DNA from: Bacteriovoracaceae bacterium
GTDB lineage: Bacteria > Bdellovibrionota > Bacteriovoracia > Bacteriovoracales > Bacteriovoracaceae
Assembly: GCA_048270185.1 (NCBI GenBank)
Contig: JBLWTJ010000002.1
Location: 320,001 to 384,000 of the forward strand
DNA: 64,000 nucleotides
Direction of reading: 5' to 3'
Part shown: positions 38,044 to 47,736 of the stretch, one piece after another
Position numbering within the stretch: the stretch's first letter is position 1
How the letters are laid out: each line of letters starts with the position of its first letter
Program-made: the position numbers and the translations under genes
The notes under the pieces: model-generated
The model's input: the letters and a program-made list of their open reading frames with translations, nothing else
Database searches by the model: none
Told to the model about the DNA's origin: nothing

Positions 38044-39414
38044 CTATAGGAAGATTCCGATAAAGCCTTTAAGATCTTCATCGTTAAATTTTAATCCTAA
38101 ACTATATACGAAGTGAGGGTCATTAATTAGATCTTCACCTTCGATTTTTCCATAAAGAACATTCCATAGCTGAAGATCAAGTCCTAATCTAATATTTGGT
38201 CCGATATCTTCACGATAATCAAAAATTTCTGCAGTTGTAACAAGTCCCCAATCGTCGATATTATAATCAACACCGAAACCACCGTAAGACTCTATTAAAC
38301 CACCTCTAAAAGTCCAATTATCAATACGACGTCCTAATTGTACATTTAGTAGAACATCATTGTACTCTCTCGATTTTGTTTCAACTGTTGTCGTCGTTCC
38401 ACCTACCGTTGTTTCAGTGATCGAGCGATCTTCTGGACCAAACTCACTAGTCGTTGCCCCTATAAGATAGAAGCGACCAGGTGAAGGAAAGATTCTTAAT
38501 TCAATATTTGTATCAGTTTGATCTGTTCCAGTATTGGCACCAGTATAAACAGAGAACTGAGTCCTAATTCGATCAACTCGTCCAATTACTTTTTGAACAC
38601 TAGCAAGAGTGGACTTTACTTCATCGGCAATTTCTTCTTCAACAAGAAGCTTACCAACAGTACCCTTTCCGTCCTTAACATCTTGAACAAGGTCTTGAAG
38701 ATCGGCCATCATCTCATCCGTTTTCTTTAAGATTGCTTTTACATCGGCAAGAGCACTTTGAGGCTCATTCGCATCCGTTTGAAAGGCAATTTGATCTGAA
38801 AAAGTCTCAAGATTATTAATAATATTTTGAATTTTTTCATTATTTCGCCCAACCATATCATTAAGTTGAGTTGTCATTTCACGAGTATTTTCTAAAGTCT
38901 TTTGAACATCGCTAATAATTTTCTTCATTGCTGGCTCGTCCCCTTCAGGAACGAATGATTCTTTAATACTTCCCACAAGTGTTTTTACATCTTGCATAAC
39001 TTCACTAGCGTCTTTTAGAAGTGTTTCGATACCAGCTTTTTCTTCTGAAATAATTGTTGAGCCATCAGGTAGAATTTCATCACTATTGGCAACATAGATC
39101 TCAAGATACTTATCACCAAGAAAACCAACAGAGCGGATTCTTAGTTTAGAGCCTTTTGTTACCCCTACTCTTTCTAGAACTTCAAAAGTGATCTCGGCCT
39201 TATTACCAATAAGACGGATATCTTTGATGCGACCGGCATTAATACCAGCTACTTTAATTGGAGTTTTTGGGAAAATCCCTGAGGCATCATTGATTACTGT
39301 TGAGTACTCATTATATGCACCAAATCCTGACTGATTTGAAGTGACAACAAGTGACATCACAACAACCACAATCATTGCAGTAAGGGCCATTAGCCCTACT
39401 TTAAATTCATTCAT
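38044..39414 (-). CDS. mlaD: MlaD/MCE family protein with long helical region and beta-rich C-terminal domain
   Basis: EFKVG then TM, IKVAGINAGRI, GFLGDKYLEI, GKGTVGKL; amphipathic strands near the C-terminus. Confidence 0.9.
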   Translation of the reverse strand: MNEFKVGLMALTAMIVVVVMSLVVTSNQSGFGAYNEYSTVINDASGIFPKTPIKVAGINAGRIKDIRLIGNKAEITFEVLERVGVTKGSKLRIRSVGFLGDKYLEIYVANSDEILPDGSTIISEEKAGIETLLKDASEVMQDVKTLVGSIKESFVPEGDEPAMKKIISDVQKTLENTREMTTQLNDMVGRNNEKIQNIINNLETFSDQIAFQTDANEPQSALADVKAILKKTDEMMADLQDLVQDVKDGKGTVGKLLVEEEIADEVKSTLASVQKVIGRVDRIRTQFSVYTGANTGTDQTDTNIELRIFPSPGRFYLIGATTSEFGPEDRSITETTVGGTTTTVETKSREYNDVLLNVQLGRRIDNWTFRGGLIESYGGFGVDYNIDDWGLVTTAEIFDYREDIGPNIRLGLDLQLWNVLYGKIEGEDLINDPHFVYSLGLKFNDEDLKGFIGIFL

Positions 39415-39463
39415 TCTATCCCTCTTCCCTAAGACTTACCAAAAATTAAACTCTTCTTTAAGT

Positions 39464-40216
39464 TTATAAGTTTATAAATTCCTGAACCAATGGATGGTCA
39501 GAATTTCTAAAATCTTTGGCGGATAAGTACTCAACAATATTACCACGATTAAGAAATGCGACGTAGTCGGAAATTTCCAACGTCGCTCTAACATCGTGTG
39601 AAATAATAATTGACGTTAATCCTATATCTTTATGTTTTTTACTTGTTTCAACGATAAGATCGTTGACCATTTTAGTCGTAATTGGATCCAGTCCAGTTGT
39701 AGGCTCATCATAGAGCATAATTTGTGGACTCAATGCTAGAGCGCGGGCCAAACCTACCCTCTTTCTCATCCCACCAGATAATTCACTTGGTAACTTATAA
39801 AAAGAAATCTCTTGTAGGCCCACTGATTTTAAAAGGCCAAAAACTTTCTCTTCAATTTCTTCCTTCTTTAATTTAGTAAATTCAATAAGAGGAAAGGCAA
39901 CATTATCAAAAGTCGACATTGAATCAAATAAGGCCGCATATTGAAAAAGCATTCCATAATTTTGGCGAAACTCTCTAAGCTTATCTTCTTCTAATTCAGA
40001 CAGATTATTTCCTAGGACTTCAACACTTCCAGAAGTTGGTTGGTGAAGACCAAGAATATGTTTCATTAGAGTTGATTTACCAGCACCTGAAAAACCTAAT
40101 ATTGAAGTGATACTTCCTTTCTCAATATCAAAGTTTAGATTATTTAAAACTGTGTGGTTTCCAAATATTTTTGTAAGGTTCCTAATACGAATCGATGGGT
40201 TATCAAAATGAATCAT
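39464..40216 (-). CDS. mlaF: MlaF-type ABC ATPase
   Basis: GFSGAGKS, LFQYAALFDS, LSGGMRKRVGLARA and YDEPTTGLDP motifs. Confidence 0.93.
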   Translation of the reverse strand: MIHFDNPSIRIRNLTKIFGNHTVLNNLNFDIEKGSITSILGFSGAGKSTLMKHILGLHQPTSGSVEVLGNNLSELEEDKLREFRQNYGMLFQYAALFDSMSTFDNVAFPLIEFTKLKKEEIEEKVFGLLKSVGLQEISFYKLPSELSGGMRKRVGLARALALSPQIMLYDEPTTGLDPITTKMVNDLIVETSKKHKDIGLTSIIISHDVRATLEISDYVAFLNRGNIVEYLSAKDFRNSDHPLVQEFINL

Positions 40217-40218
40217 AA

Positions 40219-41019
40219 CTACATCACCTGCACTAAGAAGCTTGTTAAGAAATAATCGAGAACGAGAACAGAAATCATTCCCCAGACAACGGCAAGGTTT
40301 GTTCCCTTCCCTACTCCCTGAGCTCCCTTAGTTACAGAGAAGCCAAAGTATGTTCCAATGACAGAAATGACAAAGCCAAAGACAGTTGCCTTAATTACAC
40401 CTTGAAAAATATCCGAAACGTACATGAATTGCCCAAGCTTTGATAGATAAATAGCATCATCTATTTTTAATGCATAAGTACCAACAATAAATGATCCAAT
40501 ATTTCCGACAAATAGAAAGAAAATAGAAAGAAGTGGAAGAGATAGAGTTCCTGCAATAATTCGAGGAACAGCAAGATATTGAACACTACTGATACCCATT
40601 ACTTCAAGGGCATCAATTTGCTCCGTTACTTTCATCGTTCCAATTTGCGCGGCCATCGCAGCACCTGCTCGCCCCGCAACAATTAGCCCAGTAAGAACAG
40701 GTGCTAATTCTTTTGCAAGAGTAATTGCAACAACAGGACCAACAAGAGAATCAACATTGATCAACTTGAAACCAAAGTATGTTTGGTAGGCCATAACCAT
40801 TCCAGTAAATGCACCGGCCAGGAAAATAATGAATAAACTCTTATTTCCTATGAAGTCCATTTGCTCAAAAAATAATTTGAATCGATATGGACGACGAGTT
40901 GCCCAGTAGAAAAAACTGACGATATAATTCATGACGGTCCCAAGACCGGCAATATTCTTTATAAGAATTCGCCCTAAGTTTTCATTAAAGGCAACAAAAC
41001 TATTTATTAGTAAATTCAT
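40219..41019 (-). CDS. mlaE: MlaE-type ABC permease
   Basis: KELAPVLTGLIVAGRAGAAMAAQIGTMKVTEQIDALE motif. Confidence 0.95.
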   Translation of the reverse strand: MNLLINSFVAFNENLGRILIKNIAGLGTVMNYIVSFFYWATRRPYRFKLFFEQMDFIGNKSLFIIFLAGAFTGMVMAYQTYFGFKLINVDSLVGPVVAITLAKELAPVLTGLIVAGRAGAAMAAQIGTMKVTEQIDALEVMGISSVQYLAVPRIIAGTLSLPLLSIFFLFVGNIGSFIVGTYALKIDDAIYLSKLGQFMYVSDIFQGVIKATVFGFVISVIGTYFGFSVTKGAQGVGKGTNLAVVWGMISVLVLDYFLTSFLVQVM

Positions 41020-41056
41020 TGCTTAAATTTTAAAGGAAAAATAATGAACTTGCTAC

Positions 41057-42184
41057 TTACTGACGATATATTTTTGGAATTCTTTCAGTTAAGTGAATAA
41101 ACACTTCGTACGGTATAGTCATTGATTCGGAGCAAATATTAGAAAAGTTTTGACCACTTTGGTCCCAGACCGTAAATTTCTCACCATTTCTAATAACTAG
41201 GTCTTGATTTTCAAAAAGAATTTGGGCCATATCCATATTGACTCGCCCTACAATCTTTCCAATCTCATTGCCGTGTTTTAGGTGAACATTCTGATAGCGA
41301 GTGGAAAAACCATCACCATATCCAAGAGCAAATATCCCTACAACACCATCTGTCGGGCATGGAGTAGCACCATAGCCAACAGGTGTTCCTCGATCAACCT
41401 TAAAGCTATCAATAAAAGTCGTTTCGAGTTTTGAAATAAGTTTTCCATTCCAACAACTAAGTGAACTTAGTTGCGGCAAAAGTGATGAAGGCCCATACAT
41501 CATAAGACCAGGCCTCACATGAGTTTCTTCAAGTCCTACCTTTTGTTCAATGGCACCAGAGTTTGCAAGGGATGACTTATCAATTAGGATTCCACTGGCC
41601 TTAATTTGTGACTTTAACTCTTTCCAATTCTCTTTTTGGGCCAAATTTCTCTTATTCTTATTCATTGAAAGACTTGAGCTCGAAAAATGCGACATCAAAT
41701 GATAAATCGAGTTTCTTCCAGACTGTTTAATTGATTTAATGACGTGATCAATGCGATCCAATCTTAAACCCAATCTATTCATTCCCGTATTAAATTTTAA
41801 ACACAGTGGAAAGTAGCGAAACTCTTCATGAGACAGAAAGTACTCAAGATTTGACTCATTTGAAATCACTGGAATAATTCGATTATTTAAATAGATATCA
41901 GTTGCCTCACGTAAATCTAAGTTTACATCAGAAAAAACATAGACTTCAAATTCACCGTTTGGAATTTCTTCACGAAGACGTAAGGCCTCACCAATACTGG
42001 CACAACCAAACTCTTTAATTCCAAGCTCGAGGTAAGCAAACTTTACGATAGGTACCATTCCATGCCCATAGGCATTGGCCTTAACCATAAAAAGTGCTTC
42101 ATTATTTGGACAAATTTCTTTTAGAAGTTGATAGTTATTTGCAAGCGTGGAAACATTTATTTCCATGCAACTTTTAATTCTCAT
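41057..42184 (-). CDS. alr: Alanine racemase
   Basis: VKANAYGHG (PLP Lys), NTGMNRLG, VRPGLMMYG, GYGDG and GRVNMD motifs. Confidence 0.95.
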   Translation of the reverse strand: MRIKSCMEINVSTLANNYQLLKEICPNNEALFMVKANAYGHGMVPIVKFAYLELGIKEFGCASIGEALRLREEIPNGEFEVYVFSDVNLDLREATDIYLNNRIIPVISNESNLEYFLSHEEFRYFPLCLKFNTGMNRLGLRLDRIDHVIKSIKQSGRNSIYHLMSHFSSSSLSMNKNKRNLAQKENWKELKSQIKASGILIDKSSLANSGAIEQKVGLEETHVRPGLMMYGPSSLLPQLSSLSCWNGKLISKLETTFIDSFKVDRGTPVGYGATPCPTDGVVGIFALGYGDGFSTRYQNVHLKHGNEIGKIVGRVNMDMAQILFENQDLVIRNGEKFTVWDQSGQNFSNICSESMTIPYEVFIHLTERIPKIYRQ

Positions 42185-43533
42185 ATCGTACTATCTTGAA
42201 ATAATCTCTTATCCTTCATTTTTCTAGCTGCTGATACCATTGAGTATTGAGAGTAAGGAATCTCAGATACGTTTAACGACATCGATAAAAGAAGACTCTT
42301 ATCTTTTCCGCTAAAATATTTTGCAAGACGAACGTTCTTACATAGATCTTGTGTAGCTGCATAACTTTCATCGAAGAAGTCATTCTCCACATCTAAGACA
42401 ATTGATTCAAAAGAGATATTATAAATATTGTTAATACTAGTAATTTGAGAAAGGTAGACTTTCATATCTTTCCAGAAAGTTTCCCAATCAAACTCGAAAT
42501 CGGCACGTAATTCTAAGAGATCTGTGATCTCTGAAGTATCAACGCTAATAAGATTTCTTCCATGAGTCACTTGTGAAATATTTCCAAGTAATTCATAAGG
42601 TCCCTTTGCAGCTGCATTGGCAGAGACATGAGTTTGAGAACTTAAGTTTTGAGCATAGATACCACTTAGAAGTGATTCTATAATTTGCCAATTAAAGTTA
42701 AAAAGGTAATCACGATCAACCTCTAAAGCGATAACGGCCGTTGTATCTGTTGTATTCGCTTTTAAAGAAAGAGTGACAACAGGATTACTAACAAGGTTAG
42801 AAACGATATTCTTAACCATGTTCATGCCATTCTCATTCACACCTTTTAACTTGATATGCCCCAGCCAAATATCTGGAACCTTAATATTCTTTAGTCCATC
42901 TAAGTTCACAGGACATAGTTTATTTATCTTTGAGTTTAATTCAAAAAGTGTATAAGAATTCACAAACTCAAGTTGATCAAAGAGATTTGTCACAAGCTCA
43001 GTAAAGCTTGATTCATCTTGATTAAAATTAATAATGTCACAAACTTCAAAGAAGTCTTTTCCATAAAGAGTTTTTGTTCTTTCACTCTCCAAGCTTGCCA
43101 CAAGTGCTTCTTGCTTATGACGATACTTATCGTGGAAGCTCTCTAATTGTGTTAGTTGGAGGTTTAATGATGTACGCTGATTAAATTGTTCTAAAATATT
43201 TCTAATCTGTGCAAGCAGATCAAGCTCTGGGTAGATAACTCCTAAGCTATTAATCTTTGCAACTGATTTTAATTCATTATTATTTGAAACAATGAATGCA
43301 CGATTTGTTTTCTTTAATTCATAGCGATTAAAAAGAGGCTCGCCTTCGTAGATGGCATCCTTTGCTCGAATGATAACAAGATCATATTTTACTTGAAGAT
43401 GTGAGATTAAAAATAGGTCAACGCTATCGAATGAATCGATAACCGTATTGATATTTTTAAAAATTTTCGAGAATGCTTTACAGTCACCAATCATTGATGA
43501 AACGACAGCTACTTTTGGACTATTAATTGTCAT
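42181..43533 (-). CDS. Hypothetical protein, possibly a degenerate receiver / coiled-coil / GAF / GGDEF-like signalling protein
   Basis: Long ORF coupled to alr by an ATGA overlap; the domain guess rests on secondary-structure pattern only. Confidence 0.6.
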   Translation of the reverse strand: MTINSPKVAVVSSMIGDCKAFSKIFKNINTVIDSFDSVDLFLISHLQVKYDLVIIRAKDAIYEGEPLFNRYELKKTNRAFIVSNNNELKSVAKINSLGVIYPELDLLAQIRNILEQFNQRTSLNLQLTQLESFHDKYRHKQEALVASLESERTKTLYGKDFFEVCDIINFNQDESSFTELVTNLFDQLEFVNSYTLFELNSKINKLCPVNLDGLKNIKVPDIWLGHIKLKGVNENGMNMVKNIVSNLVSNPVVTLSLKANTTDTTAVIALEVDRDYLFNFNWQIIESLLSGIYAQNLSSQTHVSANAAAKGPYELLGNISQVTHGRNLISVDTSEITDLLELRADFEFDWETFWKDMKVYLSQITSINNIYNISFESIVLDVENDFFDESYAATQDLCKNVRLAKYFSGKDKSLLLSMSLNVSEIPYSQYSMVSAARKMKDKRLFQDSTI

Positions 43534-43592
43534 GGCGCAAAAACTCCTTCTAAGGACACAACATCTGATAAAATCGTATCAAAAGAGTAAGG

Positions 43593-44099
43593 CTATAGCA
43601 ATTCTATGAGTTGCTCTATTGTATTTATTTCTTGAATTTGGGCCTGATTTAGAATTAGATCACTCTTTTCATAGGTTGGAACTCTCTTTTCATAGAGATT
43701 TCTCATGAAATCTTGTCCGTATTTGGCCAAAGGACGATTTCCATCCTTATTAATACGATCCCAACATTCTTCAAAAGAAGCTTCAAGATAAACTAATTTG
43801 CAATCAATTGACGAAACGAACTCTCGAAAATCATCTTCATCCAAGGCCCCGGCCCCAAGAGTTATAAGATAATTATCCTTCATGTTCTGATGTAAGAGCT
43901 TGGCCATATCCAGCTCATCTTTTCTAAATTCCTCAATGCCAATTTCTTGAATATATTCGCTTAGGCTGTCATAACCAGTGCCCATGCGGTTGAAGATCTC
44001 TTCATCGAGGTCAAATACCTGAAATTTATCGTGCTTAGATAACTTCTCACCAAATGTTGTTTTACCGGCTCCTGAAAAGCCTGTTAGAAAGATTCTCAT
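43593..44099 (-). CDS. aroK: Shikimate kinase
   Basis: GFSGAGKTT, DLDEEI, FRKDE, LGAG and RPL motifs. Confidence 0.88.
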   Translation of the reverse strand: MRIFLTGFSGAGKTTFGEKLSKHDKFQVFDLDEEIFNRMGTGYDSLSEYIQEIGIEEFRKDELDMAKLLHQNMKDNYLITLGAGALDEDDFREFVSSIDCKLVYLEASFEECWDRINKDGNRPLAKYGQDFMRNLYEKRVPTYEKSDLILNQAQIQEINTIEQLIELL

Positions 44100-44198
44100 A
44101 AGGAAAAAGTACATGATAACGCTCATAATGTCTTAATTTTCTTGCATTTTGGCCAGTCGCAATATAAACATGGTCATTCAAGAAAATAAGTAGGTAAA

Positions 44199-44765
44199 AT
44201 GCAAATAGTTAATAAAGACAATTCATTCTTAAAAGAGCCAACGATTCTCATTTCGCGAGTCGGTGATGACTTTGAAACTTATGAACTAACAGATAAAGAT
44301 AATGACTGGGTTAAGGCCATTTTCGACAATATCACAAAAGACTTTGAGCCAGAGGTAAAACCTGAAGGATTTGAAGGACTTAGCATTGAATTACAACTTA
44401 AGAATGCTAGAGATTTTACTTTTGGTGAGCACCTTATCCTAAAAGGCAAGGCCCGCGGATCATACACGGCAACTTGTGTAAGATGCCTAATTGATACACC
44501 TCAAGAATTTGAAACTGAATTTACATGTGCCTATGTAAATAAGAGATATGAAGACGATCCAGAATACGAAGAAATTGATGAGATCTACATTTCTGACGAA
44601 ATGGCCGACATGTTCTTCCACGAAAGAGGAAAAGCTGACCTTAAAGAAGCTGTAGCTGAGAACTGCTTTATCGCAATTAATCACTACCCTCTTCATGACG
44701 CAGATTGCAAAGGTCTATGTCAAACATGTGGCGTTGACCTAAACTCGGATAGTTGTGGCCACTAG
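44199..44765 (+). CDS. yceD: DUF177/YceD family protein
   Basis: CVRCL and DCKGLCQTCGVDLN motifs; upstream of rpmF. Confidence 0.9.
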   Translation: MQIVNKDNSFLKEPTILISRVGDDFETYELTDKDNDWVKAIFDNITKDFEPEVKPEGFEGLSIELQLKNARDFTFGEHLILKGKARGSYTATCVRCLIDTPQEFETEFTCAYVNKRYEDDPEYEEIDEIYISDEMADMFFHERGKADLKEAVAENCFIAINHYPLHDADCKGLCQTCGVDLNSDSCGH

Positions 44766-44887
44766 AGAAATCTTAGTGTAGAATCTTGGCTTATTTAAGC
44801 TTGTAATAGTGACGTGAGTGAGGTATTAACATAGGCTCATTCGTGAAATAAAAATTAATATAGAAGTTGAATATAACGGAGTAGAAA

Positions 44888-45097
44888 ATGGCAGTACCTA
44901 AGAAGAAGACAAGTGTTTCAAGAAAAGGCCTAAGAAGAGCAGGTCAAACACATAAGCTTTACGCGAATAATGTAGTTGTAGCTGATTCAACAACTGGTGA
45001 ATTAACTAAGAAAGGATGTATCTCTCCATCTGGTTACTGGAAAGGTAAGAAAGTTTTCGCTACAAAAGCGGACAGAGAAGAAACTACAGAAGAATAA
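44888..45097 (+). CDS. rpmF: 50S ribosomal protein L32
   Basis: MAVPKKKTS...RR and GYWKGKKV motifs; no CxxC pairs. Confidence 0.93.
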   Translation: MAVPKKKTSVSRKGLRRAGQTHKLYANNVVVADSTTGELTKKGCISPSGYWKGKKVFATKADREETTEE

Positions 45098-45123
45098 TCT
45101 TTAAAATTATTTTTTAAGATATT

Positions 45124-45152
45124 AAAAGGCCCACTCACTGAGTGGGCTTTTT
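45124..45152 (+). terminator. Intrinsic terminator after rpmF
   Basis: AAAAGGCCCACTC-ACT-GAGTGGGCTTTTT. Confidence 0.88.
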
Positions 45153-45254
45153 GCGTTTAACTTAGTTTTAAACTCAATTGATAATAATCAGTTTGACCCA
45201 TCAAACTCTTTTCTAGTATAAACAAAGCACATATTTAAAGAGAGAGAGACGATC

Positions 45255-46568
45255 GTGGGAAAAATTCTAATTTTAATTTTATTCACTCAATTATCCTTTG
45301 CACTATCACCTCTTGATGAGGCCCTTGCAAAATTAATTCAAAAGCATCAATTAACATCATTACCTGAGTCTGAGCTTCAAAATCAAAATGAAGTTATTCT
45401 TGGCTCAAGGCTTTTTGCAGAAGTTCGCTTAAGTGGCGACCAAGATATTACCTGTATGCATTGCCACCACCCTAGACTTGGAACAAGTGACAATATCCCT
45501 TTTTCCATTGGAACTGGAGGTAAGGGACTAGGCTCTGCTCGAGTACAAGACGGCAAAGGAAAAATTATTAAGCGCCACTCTCCGGCACTTATTAACCTAG
45601 GCTATAGCGATATTAAAGATATGTTCTGGGATGGACGAGTTCATGTGGACTGGGATAAAGACGAGTTTAAAACGCCAAGTGCAGAATTAAATGCTAATAA
45701 GGAAGTTAATCGAAAAATTAGAAGCGCCCTTGCTGCACAGGTTATCTTCCCTCTCCTATCTCCAGAAGAAATGCTAGGAACAGATAATGAGATTGCAAAG
45801 CTTTCAAGCGATTTTGCCAAATGGAATGCTCTTATTGATCGACTTTTAAATGGTTCAAAAAATGCCATGTATCAAAACTTATTCAAAAGGGCCTATCCTA
45901 AAGACTTTGCAGCAGGAAAAATCGATATCTCTCACGTGGCCAATGCACTCGCTGCTTTTATTACAAGAAACTTCAACCTTGTTGATACACCATATGATGC
46001 TTACTTAAATGGAGACTTAAGTGCTCTTAATGAAGTTGAAAAAAGAGGACTTAAAGTCTTCCTCGATAAAGGTGCATGTATCAATTGTCACAGTGGCCGT
46101 CATCTTACTAACTGGGATTATAAATCAATCGGACTACCACAAATTGGCCCAATTAGCGCACAAGCTACACTTAATGATAAAGGACGTTTTGAAGTAACAG
46201 GAATGAAAGCAGATCAGTACAACTTTAGAACACCTCCTCTGCGCAATATTGAACTAACCGCTCCTTATATGCACAATGGAGTTTATAAGACCTTAGAAGA
46301 AGTTGTGGATCACTACAACCACACTCGTCCAGCGATTAGAAACTTCATTGTGACAGAAGATATTCAAGGACTTTACGAAGAAAAAATTATTAAGGATGAA
46401 ACTTTTATTAACAATAAATTGCGATATCAGTTAATAAGTGATGACGATATCAGAAGACCTCTAAATCTTACAGATGATGAGAAAGCTGATCTTGTCCAAT
46501 TTTTAAAGTCTGGACTCTCAGATCGTCGCCTACAAAGGCTTGAAGAGCTTCCAACAATAATTGAATGA
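45255..46568 (+). CDS. Di-haem cytochrome c peroxidase / MauG family protein
   Basis: Signal peptide; CMHCH and CINCH haem motifs; FWDGR and FRTPPLRNIELTAPYMHNG. Confidence 0.92.
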   Translation: MGKILILILFTQLSFALSPLDEALAKLIQKHQLTSLPESELQNQNEVILGSRLFAEVRLSGDQDITCMHCHHPRLGTSDNIPFSIGTGGKGLGSARVQDGKGKIIKRHSPALINLGYSDIKDMFWDGRVHVDWDKDEFKTPSAELNANKEVNRKIRSALAAQVIFPLLSPEEMLGTDNEIAKLSSDFAKWNALIDRLLNGSKNAMYQNLFKRAYPKDFAAGKIDISHVANALAAFITRNFNLVDTPYDAYLNGDLSALNEVEKRGLKVFLDKGACINCHSGRHLTNWDYKSIGLPQIGPISAQATLNDKGRFEVTGMKADQYNFRTPPLRNIELTAPYMHNGVYKTLEEVVDHYNHTRPAIRNFIVTEDIQGLYEEKIIKDETFINNKLRYQLISDDDIRRPLNLTDDEKADLVQFLKSGLSDRRLQRLEELPTIIE

Positions 46569-46573
46569 ACACA

Positions 46574-46597
46574 GGGCCACATTTGTGGCCTTTTTTT
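46574..46597 (+). terminator. Intrinsic terminator
   Basis: GGCCAC-ATTT-GTGGCCTTTTTTT. Confidence 0.85.
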
Positions 46598-46711
46598 GTA
46601 AGACTTACCCAGATACACAACGTGTCAAAGTATAACGCTCCAGACCTTACTCATCGTTGCTATACTGCCTAAAATAACCGCAAATTTTTTATAATACTTA
46701 GGAATGATTAA

Positions 46712-47710
46712 ATGGATATTAAAGTAAAAATTAAAGGAACAGGAATCTACGCTCCAAAAGAAGTTCGCACAAATGTCGATCTTGAAAGCATGGTTGAAAC
46801 TAGTGATGAATGGATTTACGAGAGAACGGGAATTCGTCAACGTCATATCTGTTCAACAGAAGGTGGTGAATGGCCAAGTGATATGGCCTATCATGCAACA
46901 GTTGATGCACTAAAAGCCGCAAACCTTGAACCAAATGATATCGATATGATTATCTTTGCTTCAGTAACTCCTGATTACAAACTTCCAAACACAGCATGTA
47001 TTCTGCAACAAAAACTTGGAATAACAAATAAGTGTGCGGCCATTGATATTGCGGCAGCTTGTTCTGGATTTGTTTACGGACTAAATATGGTTACTGGATT
47101 GATTAAAATAGGAGCGATTAAAAACGCTCTTGTTGTTGGCTCAGAAATGTTATCAAGAGAAGTAAACTGGGAAGACCGAAACACTTGTATTCTCTTTGGA
47201 GATGGTTGTGGTGTCGCTATCGTTGGAGCTAATGAAGATGGAGATGATTCAGATATCCTATCTCTAGAATTAGGAGCTGATGGTGCCGGTAAAGAATTCT
47301 TTGACCAACCAGTTGGTGGAGCCGTTGACCCAATTACACCAGAGCATATAAAAGAGAGAACTCACTATATGCAAATGAAAGGAAAAGAGATGTTTCGTGT
47401 TGCCACGAGAACTCTTGCCGAAAATGCAAAAATTGTTTTAGAAAAAGCAGGTAAAGAGCTAGAAGAAGTTGATTGGTTAATTCCTCACCAAGCAAATGTG
47501 AGAATTATTGAAACAACAGGAAAGCTTCTAGGAATCAATCCTGAAAAAGTAATTATTAACATTGATAAGTATGCCAACACTTCTGCTGCAACAGTTCCAA
47601 TCGCAATGCACGAAGCGATTACTGACGGAAGAATTAAGAGAGGACAACTAATCCTTCTTGATGCTTTTGGAGCTGGTCTAACAAGTGGTGCGACCCTACT
47701 CAGATACTAA
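46712..47710 (+). CDS. fabH: 3-oxoacyl-ACP synthase III
   Basis: AACSGF, LFGDG, PHQAN and ANTSAA motifs. Confidence 0.96.
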   Translation: MDIKVKIKGTGIYAPKEVRTNVDLESMVETSDEWIYERTGIRQRHICSTEGGEWPSDMAYHATVDALKAANLEPNDIDMIIFASVTPDYKLPNTACILQQKLGITNKCAAIDIAAACSGFVYGLNMVTGLIKIGAIKNALVVGSEMLSREVNWEDRNTCILFGDGCGVAIVGANEDGDDSDILSLELGADGAGKEFFDQPVGGAVDPITPEHIKERTHYMQMKGKEMFRVATRTLAENAKIVLEKAGKELEEVDWLIPHQANVRIIETTGKLLGINPEKVIINIDKYANTSAATVPIAMHEAITDGRIKRGQLILLDAFGAGLTSGATLLRY

Positions 47711-47736
47711 ATTACAAAGTTACTAAGGTTTAAATT

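Noticed and set aside
44888..45097. Zn-free (C-minus) L32 as a Zur-regulated paralogue
   Set aside because: It sits in the canonical yceD-rpmF-fab locus, and C-minus L32 is common as the sole copy
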